The position numbers and the translations under genes are program-made. A stretch of 34,768 nucleotides of DNA from a virus (Duplodnaviria > Caudoviricetes), in the IMG/VR virus record IMGVR_UViG_3300033153_000622, positions 1-34,768 of that record; one strand, given 5' to 3'. Shown here piece after piece: positions 23,221-32,986 of this stretch. The notes below the pieces were generated by a model, which was not told the DNA's origin, searched no databases, and saw only the letters and a program-made list of their open reading frames with translations. Each line of letters begins with the position of its first letter. The stretch's first letter is position 1.

Positions 23221-24180
23221 ATGGCGGCATCGATAAACGAAGTTAGAAATACAGTATTAGCAATAGCTAATAAAAATAATTACGGATATATTACTCCTCA
23301 AGATTTTAATCTTTACGCTCAACAAGCACAGTTGGATATGTTTGAGGATTATTTTTATTCTTATAATAATTGGATAAATAGAGAAAACAACCGATCTGCG
23401 GGAACAGGTTATGCAGATGTAATGAAGGGATTAGAAGAAGTAATTGATACTTTTTCAGTAACTACTACATTAGGTAATATTTTTGCTGCTAATGTTTGGC
23501 AATTACCCAGAGATTATTATTTAATTAATAAAGTATTTTATTATTCAGACCCTTTATTTACAGGGACAAATACAGCTGCTGGAATCAATGTTTTAATTGA
23601 CGGAGCGGCTACTGGTTGGACTACAATTCCTGCTTCAGCACCAACTCCTCCTATTGGAAGCTTGGTGGTTAACACTGCTACTTTTGAACAAGCTTACATT
23701 ACAGGTGTGGTTTCAACTACGGAAGTAACTTTAAGTAGAAGTATATTTCCGGTGGCAGTAGGTGAAGAATATGTGATATATAATAATACTAAAATACGAG
23801 AGGTAGAAAGAGTAACACAAAGTAAGATTTGGTATTTAACCAATTCTCAATTAACAGCTCCTACAAAAACTTATCCTGCTTACACTATGGAAGGAGATAG
23901 GATTACAGTATATCCTACTACTATTACAAATAGAGGTTCTATTATGGCTCAATATATTCGTTATCCTTTACCTCCAAGGTGGACATGGCAAAATTTAGGA
24001 TTAGGAGAGCCTCAGTTTGACCCTACTCAGGCTGACTTCCAAGAGTTTGAATTACCTGACTCTGATGAGCCTACATTAATTGCTAAAATCTGTCAGTATG
24101 TAGGTATAGAAATAAGAGAGGCCGAGGTATATAACTTTGGAAAAACAGAAGAAGATAGAGAAATACAAGAAAGCAGTTAA
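23221..24180 (+). CDS. head-tail adaptor / tail ring protein
   Basis: NKNNYGYITPQDFNLYAQQAQ...LPRDYY...QYIRYP...FELP pattern; position. Confidence 0.65.
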   Translation: MAASINEVRNTVLAIANKNNYGYITPQDFNLYAQQAQLDMFEDYFYSYNNWINRENNRSAGTGYADVMKGLEEVIDTFSVTTTLGNIFAANVWQLPRDYYLINKVFYYSDPLFTGTNTAAGINVLIDGAATGWTTIPASAPTPPIGSLVVNTATFEQAYITGVVSTTEVTLSRSIFPVAVGEEYVIYNNTKIREVERVTQSKIWYLTNSQLTAPTKTYPAYTMEGDRITVYPTTITNRGSIMAQYIRYPLPPRWTWQNLGLGEPQFDPTQADFQEFELPDSDEPTLIAKICQYVGIEIREAEVYNFGKTEEDREIQESS

Positions 24181-24182
24181 TT

Positions 24183-25103
24183 ATGACATATATAACAGAT
24201 TATCAATATTACGAAAACAATCAGAATGTACCTACAGATGCTAACTGGGGTTCTTACCAATATGTTTCTTTGGAAGATATTGTTAATAATTTTATGCTAA
24301 TGTATCAAGGTAACAATGAACTGATTAATAATATAAATAGATACCAGGTTTTGTTTCACGCAAAAAGAGGAATTCAAGAATTGAATTACGATGCGATGAA
24401 AGAAATAAAAATATTAGAATTACAAATTTGTGATCAATTAAGATTTGTTTTACCACAAGATTATGTTAATTGGGTAAGAATATCTTTAGAGCAAGATGGT
24501 ATGCTTTATCCTATGACAGAAAATATTCAAACTAATTGGAGTGGAGCTTACTTGCAAGATCATGATTGTAGAATATTATTTGATATTGATGGTAATGTTT
24601 TAAAACCTCATAATTCTTTTTGGGATAAACAAAGATTAGATAGTCAGCAAAAAACAATGTACTTAGGAGATGGTCCTTATAATGGAGAGCTCGGTTACTT
24701 AGTAGACGGAATATGGTATTTTGATTATCAAATCGGAGCTCGATATGGATTAAATACAGAGACTGCAAATATAAATCCTACCTTTAGTATAAACAAAAAA
24801 GGAGGGGTAATAAACTTTAATTCAGGAATGGCTGGAAAGTTAGTGGTATTAGAGTATGTTTCAGATGGAATGGAAAATGGTGACGACTCCAGTGTAAGTG
24901 TAAATAAATTATTTGAAGACTTTATATATGCTTATATAAGGTACGCTATTTTGAATGGCCGATTTGGAGTACAGGAATATATAATTAATAGAGCAAGAAA
25001 AGACAAATCATCTTTATTAAGAAATGCTAAATTAAGATTAAGTAACATACACCCTGGGAGACTCTTACAAAATTTAAGAGGTCAGGATAAATGGATAAAA
25101 TAA
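24183..25103 (+). CDS. tail ring / tubular protein
   Basis: VLFHAKRGIQELNYD...LPQDYVNWVRIS...VLEYVSDG; position before the nozzle gene. Confidence 0.65.
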   Translation: MTYITDYQYYENNQNVPTDANWGSYQYVSLEDIVNNFMLMYQGNNELINNINRYQVLFHAKRGIQELNYDAMKEIKILELQICDQLRFVLPQDYVNWVRISLEQDGMLYPMTENIQTNWSGAYLQDHDCRILFDIDGNVLKPHNSFWDKQRLDSQQKTMYLGDGPYNGELGYLVDGIWYFDYQIGARYGLNTETANINPTFSINKKGGVINFNSGMAGKLVVLEYVSDGMENGDDSSVSVNKLFEDFIYAYIRYAILNGRFGVQEYIINRARKDKSSLLRNAKLRLSNIHPGRLLQNLRGQDKWIK

Positions 25104-25104
25104 T

Positions 25105-28100
25105 ATGGCAAATGTTAGCACTAATTTTATAGCTGGTAGAATGAATAAGTCTGTAGATGAAAGACTTATTCCCCCAGGAGAATATATAGACGCTTTAAAT
25201 GTTCGTTTAGGATCTACTGAAAACACCGAAATTGGAGCGGTAGAAAACTCTTTAGGTAATAGTGTTTTAACTGACTTAGAGTTTCAAGGAGTACCTTTAG
25301 TGGGAGAAATAAGAACCATTGGTGTTTATGAAGATGGTATTAATGAAACTCTTTATTGGTTTATTCATAATGAAAACAATCCTAACTCGGTAACTACGGG
25401 TGTAGTAGATATGATTGTTTCTTATAATACTAATATAGGATCTTTAGTTTATCATGTAATTAGCACTTCAGTTTTAAATTTTGATTTTAAGTATTTAATA
25501 ACAGGAGTAAGTAAGATTGAAAATTTATTATTTTTTACTGATGATTTAAATCCTCCTCGAGTTATAAATATAAAAAGAAATTATGATGATCCTGGTCCGG
25601 GAACAATAGATGATGTTTTTGAGGAAGAGGATGTAAGTGTTATTGTAAAGCCACCGGGCTTTGAGGATTTTGATACAACTGCAGGACAGGTAGCTCCTTT
25701 AGGAGCTCCTTTTATAAGACTTATTGCTATCCCTGGATTTAGTAATGCCGGTGGTGGTATTGAAAGCCCTAACTTTATGGATGTTAGGTTCTTATCTTTT
25801 GCTTATAGATATAGGTATGAAGACGGAGAGTATAGTGCTACATCTTTATTTACCAATCCCGCCTTTCAGCCAAACCCTAATTTTCAATTAAGCCTTCAAA
25901 ACTTTTGGAACGATGCAATGAAAAATCGTTATAATGGATGTAGGGTAACAGTTTCTACAGGATCTAAAAGGGTAAAAGAAATAGATATTCTTTTTAAATT
26001 AACAGGGTCTAATGTTATTAATGTAATTAAAAGATATGATAAACAAAGTCTGGGTATTAGTAATAATCAATTTTATGAAATTGAATTTCTTAACAGTGAA
26101 ATTTACACTACATTAGGATCTGACGAATTACTTAGATTATACGATAATGTCCCTCGTACTGCTAAGGCTCAAACCATTAAAGGTAATCGTTTAATGTATG
26201 GGAATTATGTTGATCAATACGATATTGTAGACGCTCCAGGAGGAAGTAAAATACCTATCAACTATCATGTCAATGGTATAAGTGAAAGTATAGCGGGTAA
26301 TCCATTACCAAATGGTATTGCCTCCCCAGTTGATTATACTATTGACACTATTACAGGAGGTACTCATACCGAACCACTTGCAGCTATTACTTTTGATTTA
26401 TCAGATGCAGCTCCTGCAGGTGGGGCGGCTCTGGAAGTTGGTACTACGTTTCAATTTACCTTTGCTATGCAACAGGTTAATAATACTACAGTAATTAATA
26501 ATGGTATTGTTCCAGCACCAACTGCGGGACTACAAACTTCTCCATTTACTATAGGATTTCTATTTAGTGTAGATCAGCCTTATGCTGATATTAATGCTAT
26601 GTTAAATTCAGATTCTTTTAAAAATAGAATTGGAGGTAGTGTGGCTCAGGGTTTTGCTCCTGCTACTGCTTTGGAGCAAGGATTAGTAAAACCTTTATAT
26701 CCTTGCAACGAATCTAATACGGGAGCGACTTTAAGTGATAAGTTTTACAACAGTGCAGCTTCACCTATTGCGGGATCACAATTATATTTAGTAAGTGGAG
26801 GAATAACAAATACTGCTTGTTCTGCTGCTGTTTTAGATACTGTTCCTTTTCCTATCGTTTGTGCTTCTACAAGTATAGCTTCTGGGGTTACTTCTTGTGG
26901 AGCTGCTCCATTAGACCCTTGTGTAGGTACATTTCCTCCGGTACCTCCAGCTGGGGCTACTGGAACAATGGTTGTGTCAGGTACAGATATGAGTGTTTTC
27001 GGAATACAAGTTGGAGATATAGTATACGATCAGCTAACTGGTTTATCAGCAAAAGTAATAGCACCACTACCAGGAGACCCAGGACCACCAGCTACACCTA
27101 CTTCTCATGTAAATTTAGAAGATATAGATGGTGGATTAACTCCCTTAGTGCTTGATGGAACTACATTTATAATTAATCCTGGAGGACCTGCAACTCCACA
27201 ATTATGTTTTCAAGATGGATTTGATTATACTGTAGTAGGAAACTCATTTACTATTAAATCTCCTGCTACTCAATGGTTTGAAGCAAGTGGAGACCCTGCT
27301 ACTCCTGGAGTTTATGCAAATGCATTTAGATATTATCAGTTTATTGAGTTTTCTTCTTTCGCTTCTTATAAACTAACTTCCGATTCTTCAAGTCTCCACT
27401 CTAATAGAGACTATCAAGTAGGAATTGTTTATATGGATGAGTATGGAAGGTCTTCCACAGTATTAACCAGTCAAGAGCCTACTGTATTTTTTGATGCAGG
27501 TAATTCAATTAATCAAAATAAAATTCAAGTTAATCTTTCAAACTTACCTCCTTATTGGGCTACTAAATATAAATTTGTAGTCAAGCCAAGTCAAGGAACA
27601 TATGAAACTATTTTTTCTAATTTATTTTATGCCCAAGATGGAACAGCCTCTGTTGATGGAGCGGGAAGCTCTTTACCAATAGCAGCAGAAAATGACCCAA
27701 CTCAAGTATGGTTTAGGTTAGAGGGTCAAAACCAAAATGTTTTAAAAGTAGGAGATGAGCTGATAGTAAAATCCGACACTCAAGGTTTTGTGCCTACATT
27801 ACAAAAAGCGGTAGTTTTAGATATACAAGCTTATTCCAGTAAAGGTATTACAGATAAATCTTTAAAAGGTTTATATATGCTGTTAAGACCATCTGGATGG
27901 ACTACTGAATCAATAGATCAAGCCGAAATTTTTTATGCTCAAAAAACCGCAAAGAATAATAGTGGGAGTAGTATATCGAATACTTGTATTACAGGATATA
28001 GTTTAAATTTTGATAACGGTCTTCCTTACGATCTTCCTGCTGGATCTACAGTTAGAATAAAATGCCAGTCTACAAGAGGAGGAGGAGCTTGTTCCAGAAG

Positions 28101-30486
28101 TATATATTACGACAGATCATTTATAGTAAGTCAGGATTATGGTGATTTTCACCAATGGGCAATAGGAGATGATTTAGAAAGTCAAATGTTTTGTCAGGGG
28201 AACGGTAACTCTGTTTCACCAGGAGTAAGCAATGTAGATGGAATGAATCTTAAATTTTTACCTAACCTATATAGTAGCTCTTCATCGATATGTAGTGCTC
28301 AAGGTGAGTTTAATGCAAGCTTTGGGATATACACTAATGGAGCAGGAGGAATGTTTGCGGCATATCAAGGAGCACTTACTGAATGTAATGATTGGGGTGG
28401 TTGGTTTCCAGGTAGAGCTAAATTAAAAATAGAAGTAACCAGAACAAGTGGTATATTTTGTTTTGAAACAGTACCGCAGGATGTTGATCCTAATTTATAT
28501 TATGATGCTTCAGAACTTTTAGAGATTGAAACAGACCTAACAACTGGTAAGAGATTTCATAAAGCTAAAAGAAACTTTGATCCGTCTACAAATTCATATT
28601 CTTTAGCAACCTTAGGACAAGACCAAGTGGTAGATGCTCTTGGTAATACTTTAATTCCTTTAGTTACAATGGTTGATGCTTATAACTGTTATACTTTTGG
28701 AAATGGGGTAGAAAGTTATAAAATATATGATAGCCCCGCAGGAAGAAGTTTTAATTTAGGGGAAAGAACTTTAGCTGTATCTAATCAAGACTTTCAAGAA
28801 GCAGATAGATTTGCTGGGATGACATATAGTGGAGTATATAGTAGTTCAGCCAACAGTAATAATCTTAATGAGTTTAATTTAGGACTTGCAAACTTTAAAG
28901 ATTTAGAAACTTCATTTGGCCCTATCCAAAAACTTCATGCTCGTGAAACAGATATACTTGTATTACAAGAAGATAAAATATCTTATGTAACCGTAAACAA
29001 AAATGTAGTTACTGATGCTACCGGAGGAGGGGCTATTTTATCTGTACCAGAGGTTTTAGGAACACAGGTAGCCAGAATAGAAGAATACGGTATAAGTTTT
29101 AACCCTGAGAGTTTTACGTCATGGGGATATGATATGTTTTTTACAGATACAAAAAGAGGGGCTGTTATTAATTTACGAGGAGCTTCGGCAGGAAGTGATC
29201 AATTATCCGTTGTATCTACTTTAGGAATGAACAGTTGGTTTAGAGATTGTTTTAACTCACAGTTAACTACTCAAAAATTAGGAGCTTACGATCCTTATAT
29301 GAAAGAGTATGTATTAGGTACTAATTTACGAAAAGTTCCAATGCCGGTAAATGAAGTGCCTTGTGGAACTACGGTTAGCCAATTAAACGCTACTAATTCA
29401 ATTACTTTTGATGTTGCCTTAGGTTTAGTGATTGGACAAGTAGATATACCTTTTAACATTACTTCAGGAACTGTAACTATTACGGTAGAATGGGATGGAG
29501 CAGTTGTGGCAAATGTGACAGCTTTTAATAACGGAATGATTTCTTTTAACAAAACCACTAACACTCCTTCAACGTGTACGGTAACTTGTACCCCTTCAGG
29601 AGCACCTCCTGTTGCTCCGGCTAATTATTCAATTACAGTAAACTGTCCTCAAGAACTTGATTTAACAGTAGTTCAGGTAGTGGTAAATTCTAACAACTAT
29701 AATGGACAATTTATTCATACTAATTATAATTGGTTTAATTCAAGTAACATAAGTCCTTTCGCAGGATTTAGTTCAGCTGAATTAAGCACTCCTGATGCTG
29801 CCGAGTATAGTTCAACTGCAGGCATACAATCTTTAGGTGTAACACCATATAGTGGGGCCTCAATTAAATTTAGAACAGAAAAATATGGTATAGATAATTT
29901 TGATTTTGATCCGTCAATTCATAAATTTAGAATACATTATTCTACCACATTATATAACAATGTACCTACAGAAATTCAAAGTTTATTAGTAGCTTCTTCG
30001 GTAGTAAGTGGGGGTATAACTAATCCTTCACCTGGAGTTTATGAAGCTATTGAGCCTGCATTTACTATTCCTGGTCAGGGATATTTATATTTAATTTGGG
30101 ACTTCAGAATAGTTGGTTCTTCGCAATTATGTTATTGTTCAGATCCATCTTCAGCAGAGGAGGTTTGTTGCCTATGTGAAGTACCTTGTAATCTTACTGC
30201 TTTAGGGCCTCTTACTGCTACGCAGCCGCAGGCATGTGTGAGTGCCATCGGAGATCCAGGAAGTTCTTTTGGTGGATTTACAGGGAACGGGGCATTGCCA
30301 ACTTTAGGAAGTGTAATTTACAATGATCTTAATTGTAGGTTAAATCCACCACCACCTTCCATAATTTCAGGTTATAAAGCTCCAGGCTTTTATAGAGTAG
30401 ATAGTTCATTAGTTGCCCCATTCACCGGTAATAAGTGGATAGAGATTGGTGCTAATGGAGTAGTAATATCAGAGGGAACATGTTAA
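25105..30486 (+). CDS. large tail nozzle/stabilization-like protein with multiple accessory inserts
   Basis: NFIAGRMNKSVDERLIPPGEYIDALN, LFFTDDLNPPRVIN, FAYRYRYEDGEYS, NRLMYGNY, YQVGIVYMDEYGR, YGISFNPESF, FFTDTKRGAV. Confidence 0.75.
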   Translation: MANVSTNFIAGRMNKSVDERLIPPGEYIDALNVRLGSTENTEIGAVENSLGNSVLTDLEFQGVPLVGEIRTIGVYEDGINETLYWFIHNENNPNSVTTGVVDMIVSYNTNIGSLVYHVISTSVLNFDFKYLITGVSKIENLLFFTDDLNPPRVINIKRNYDDPGPGTIDDVFEEEDVSVIVKPPGFEDFDTTAGQVAPLGAPFIRLIAIPGFSNAGGGIESPNFMDVRFLSFAYRYRYEDGEYSATSLFTNPAFQPNPNFQLSLQNFWNDAMKNRYNGCRVTVSTGSKRVKEIDILFKLTGSNVINVIKRYDKQSLGISNNQFYEIEFLNSEIYTTLGSDELLRLYDNVPRTAKAQTIKGNRLMYGNYVDQYDIVDAPGGSKIPINYHVNGISESIAGNPLPNGIASPVDYTIDTITGGTHTEPLAAITFDLSDAAPAGGAALEVGTTFQFTFAMQQVNNTTVINNGIVPAPTAGLQTSPFTIGFLFSVDQPYADINAMLNSDSFKNRIGGSVAQGFAPATALEQGLVKPLYPCNESNTGATLSDKFYNSAASPIAGSQLYLVSGGITNTACSAAVLDTVPFPIVCASTSIASGVTSCGAAPLDPCVGTFPPVPPAGATGTMVVSGTDMSVFGIQVGDIVYDQLTGLSAKVIAPLPGDPGPPATPTSHVNLEDIDGGLTPLVLDGTTFIINPGGPATPQLCFQDGFDYTVVGNSFTIKSPATQWFEASGDPATPGVYANAFRYYQFIEFSSFASYKLTSDSSSLHSNRDYQVGIVYMDEYGRSSTVLTSQEPTVFFDAGNSINQNKIQVNLSNLPPYWATKYKFVVKPSQGTYETIFSNLFYAQDGTASVDGAGSSLPIAAENDPTQVWFRLEGQNQNVLKVGDELIVKSDTQGFVPTLQKAVVLDIQAYSSKGITDKSLKGLYMLLRPSGWTTESIDQAEIFYAQKTAKNNSGSSISNTCITGYSLNFDNGLPYDLPAGSTVRIKCQSTRGGGACSRSIYYDRSFIVSQDYGDFHQWAIGDDLESQMFCQGNGNSVSPGVSNVDGMNLKFLPNLYSSSSSICSAQGEFNASFGIYTNGAGGMFAAYQGALTECNDWGGWFPGRAKLKIEVTRTSGIFCFETVPQDVDPNLYYDASELLEIETDLTTGKRFHKAKRNFDPSTNSYSLATLGQDQVVDALGNTLIPLVTMVDAYNCYTFGNGVESYKIYDSPAGRSFNLGERTLAVSNQDFQEADRFAGMTYSGVYSSSANSNNLNEFNLGLANFKDLETSFGPIQKLHARETDILVLQEDKISYVTVNKNVVTDATGGGAILSVPEVLGTQVARIEEYGISFNPESFTSWGYDMFFTDTKRGAVINLRGASAGSDQLSVVSTLGMNSWFRDCFNSQLTTQKLGAYDPYMKEYVLGTNLRKVPMPVNEVPCGTTVSQLNATNSITFDVALGLVIGQVDIPFNITSGTVTITVEWDGAVVANVTAFNNGMISFNKTTNTPSTCTVTCTPSGAPPVAPANYSITVNCPQELDLTVVQVVVNSNNYNGQFIHTNYNWFNSSNISPFAGFSSAELSTPDAAEYSSTAGIQSLGVTPYSGASIKFRTEKYGIDNFDFDPSIHKFRIHYSTTLYNNVPTEIQSLLVASSVVSGGITNPSPGVYEAIEPAFTIPGQGYLYLIWDFRIVGSSQLCYCSDPSSAEEVCCLCEVPCNLTALGPLTATQPQACVSAIGDPGSSFGGFTGNGALPTLGSVIYNDLNCRLNPPPPSIISGYKAPGFYRVDSSLVAPFTGNKWIEIGANGVVISEGTC

Positions 30487-30507
30487 AAAATAAAATAAAA
30501 TAAAGAT

Positions 30508-31653
30508 ATGGCGTGTAATAATTCAGGAGTTTTCTATTGGCCAGGGGCAAGTTTTCTTACCACTACCGCTTTGTATACGGATGTTAATTTAACTAACCCA
30601 GCACCTGATGGGTGGTATTCGATAGGTGGTACTTACAGGCAAATATCTGGAGGTGTTTTAGGTGCTCCTACTACTTGTCCGGCATGCGATGAGTTATATT
30701 GTCCGAGTGTATTAACAGGTAGTGGAACTGCTGGTAAATATACAATGAATATAAATGTAGGGTCAGATATGGGAGCTATAGTAATTAGGTTTAATCCTGA
30801 GAGTAGACCTGATAAATGTACTTGGACTTTTGATGGGGTGAGTGCTTCAGAATATAGTCACCCTATAAAAGGTTATATGCAAGGTTTTGTGGGAAGTTGG
30901 GGTTATGGTTTTCCTTATGTCCCTCCTACAACAAATCCCATCCCTGATTGTGCCGCTAATACAGGTAGTGGTTTAGGTTCTTATTATACTAATGATCCTG
31001 CTGTTCAACCACCTCCCTTTGGCCCTACACTCCCTACAGGTTCTTTAAATCCTGTGGTACCTACTAATCTTTCTTTATGTGTTAATGCGTGGCCAGGAAA
31101 TACTCAAACTGTAAATGGGTTTAATTATGAATGGGATTTTGCAAGCTCAAGTTTTATTCCTACTCAAACAGGCGGGGTTAATGATATAGTTACTATGGGA
31201 CCTTATACCACTCCGAACACAGGAATACAATCATCATCTCCTACTAACACTGGTAGACGTTGGGTTTATATGGTAGTCCCTAAGCCTAACCCTACTCCCG
31301 GGACCCTACAAGTGGTAGTAGAGGGATTAGATCCTGCTACACAGTGGGTGATAGAAGTTTATTGTCCTGTCAAACTTAATCCCTGGCCTATTGGTGTGGC
31401 GGGAGGCTCATGTGGGGCAACTACTGCAACAACTTTATATACTCAATATGTGGGGACTAATAATGTTACTCCTTTTATACCAGGTGCTGCTCCTTATTTA
31501 TTTAACGGAGATTGGTGTTTTACTGATCCTGATGGGGTAACTCCATTTCCTGCAGGAACTTATCCTGTAGATGTTAATGGAGCAATCCAGTGTGTTACTA
31601 TAAGTTCAGACGGGGTAATTACTAACTTAACCACATGTGTAGGAACATGTTAA
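30508..31653 (+). CDS. Pro/Cys-rich virion accessory (adhesin-like) protein
   Basis: Terminal modules resemble the C-terminus of the 1793-aa protein. Confidence 0.7.
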   Translation: MACNNSGVFYWPGASFLTTTALYTDVNLTNPAPDGWYSIGGTYRQISGGVLGAPTTCPACDELYCPSVLTGSGTAGKYTMNINVGSDMGAIVIRFNPESRPDKCTWTFDGVSASEYSHPIKGYMQGFVGSWGYGFPYVPPTTNPIPDCAANTGSGLGSYYTNDPAVQPPPFGPTLPTGSLNPVVPTNLSLCVNAWPGNTQTVNGFNYEWDFASSSFIPTQTGGVNDIVTMGPYTTPNTGIQSSSPTNTGRRWVYMVVPKPNPTPGTLQVVVEGLDPATQWVIEVYCPVKLNPWPIGVAGGSCGATTATTLYTQYVGTNNVTPFIPGAAPYLFNGDWCFTDPDGVTPFPAGTYPVDVNGAIQCVTISSDGVITNLTTCVGTC

Positions 31654-31671
31654 TGTTAAAAATATAAAACT

Positions 31672-32553
31672 ATGTCAAATCCATTAGATGCAAATACTTT
31701 ATCTTACAGCGAAGATGTAAAAGGATGGCCTTCTTTTTATTCTTTTCTTCCAGACTATATGTGTGGTATGAACGGTTTTTTCTACAGTTGGAGTGGAGGG
31801 AATTTATACCGACACAATACTAATCCTTTAAGAAACAATTATTACGGGGTTCAATACAGCTCTTCTATTCAGTCAGTGTTTAATATAGAGCCTCAGACTA
31901 TTAAGTTGTTTAAAACAATGTCATACGAAAGTAATGACGCTTGGAATTGTACAGGACTTTTTACTGATTTAAATACCGGGTCAATACCTGGTACTGGTCC
32001 CGCACCTATTCAAACATGGTTTGTAGAAAAAGAAGGTGAGTGGTTTTCATTTTTAAGAGAAAATTCAACAACTACAAATTTTAGAGACAGATCATCTAAC
32101 GGTATAGGAGCATCTAATAGTGTAATAGGTCCGCTTAACGCTATAGTAATTAATTTTAACTTAGAAGACTTAGGAAGCATAGTAACAGTTGGAGATCAAG
32201 TTTATTCTATTGTTTCTACCATACCACCAGCCACACCTGGAGCTCCAACTTTTGTGGGAGCAGTAACTAATATTGTAAGGCAACAAACTACAGATGTTGT
32301 AACAGGAGTAGTTACACTACCTTCTATTACGGTAGATACAGTAGGGCCATATCCTGCAGTGGGTACCCCTTTACCTTATCCGTTTCCAGGAGTTGTTCCT
32401 CCTGTAGGTGATTTTATATTGATAATAAAAGATCCTATAGCAGCCTCAAATGGGGCACGTGGATACTTTCTGAATTTTACGCTACAAAATGATAATACTA
32501 CAGCGGTAGAATTATTTTCTGTCGGTAGTAGTTCCATGAAAAGTAATCCATAG
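31672..32553 (+). CDS. tail protein, probably the detached C-terminal part of the nozzle
   Basis: TLSYSEDVKGWPSFYSFLP...LYRHN...EKEGEWF...ARGYF...VELFSV. Confidence 0.65.
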   Translation: MSNPLDANTLSYSEDVKGWPSFYSFLPDYMCGMNGFFYSWSGGNLYRHNTNPLRNNYYGVQYSSSIQSVFNIEPQTIKLFKTMSYESNDAWNCTGLFTDLNTGSIPGTGPAPIQTWFVEKEGEWFSFLRENSTTTNFRDRSSNGIGASNSVIGPLNAIVINFNLEDLGSIVTVGDQVYSIVSTIPPATPGAPTFVGAVTNIVRQQTTDVVTGVVTLPSITVDTVGPYPAVGTPLPYPFPGVVPPVGDFILIIKDPIAASNGARGYFLNFTLQNDNTTAVELFSVGSSSMKSNP

Positions 32554-32561
32554 ATTTTTAT

Positions 32562-32569
32562 TATCTTTG
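32562..32569 (+). promoter_or_regulatory. -7 promoter element, likely leaderless transcript
   Basis: TATCTTTG, ATG 5 nt downstream. Confidence 0.75.
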
Positions 32570-32574
32570 TAAAA

Positions 32575-32985
32575 ATGAAATTAAATATAATGCCACTAAA
32601 AAAAGGAGACTATGAAAACATTCTGTGTAAGTGGTGGAAAGATTGGAGATGGGAACCTCCTTCACCAGATTTTTTACCAGAAAATGGAATGGGTGGTTTT
32701 ATGGTTTATGATGGAGACACGCCAATTTGTGCAGGGTTTATGTATGTAACTAACTCAAAGGCAACATGGTGTGATTGGATTATCTCTAATTTAAAATATA
32801 AAGACAGACAAAAAAGAAAAGAAGCTTTGGAATTATTAGTAAAAACTATAAGTGATAAAGCAGAAAGTTTGGGTAAAAAATATGTATATGCTTTAATTAA
32901 AAACAAACCTTTAATTAATGTATACAAAAAAATAGGTTTTGTAGAGGGTAGTACCTATACACATGAAATGATTAAAACAATATAA
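32575..32985 (+). CDS. GNAT-fold acetyltransferase-like protein
   Basis: PICAGF strand and C-terminal NKPLINVYKKIGF (N..a..Y.K.GF motif); position between tail and ejection genes. Confidence 0.65.
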   Translation: MKLNIMPLKKGDYENILCKWWKDWRWEPPSPDFLPENGMGGFMVYDGDTPICAGFMYVTNSKATWCDWIISNLKYKDRQKRKEALELLVKTISDKAESLGKKYVYALIKNKPLINVYKKIGFVEGSTYTHEMIKTI

Positions 32986-32986
32986 T

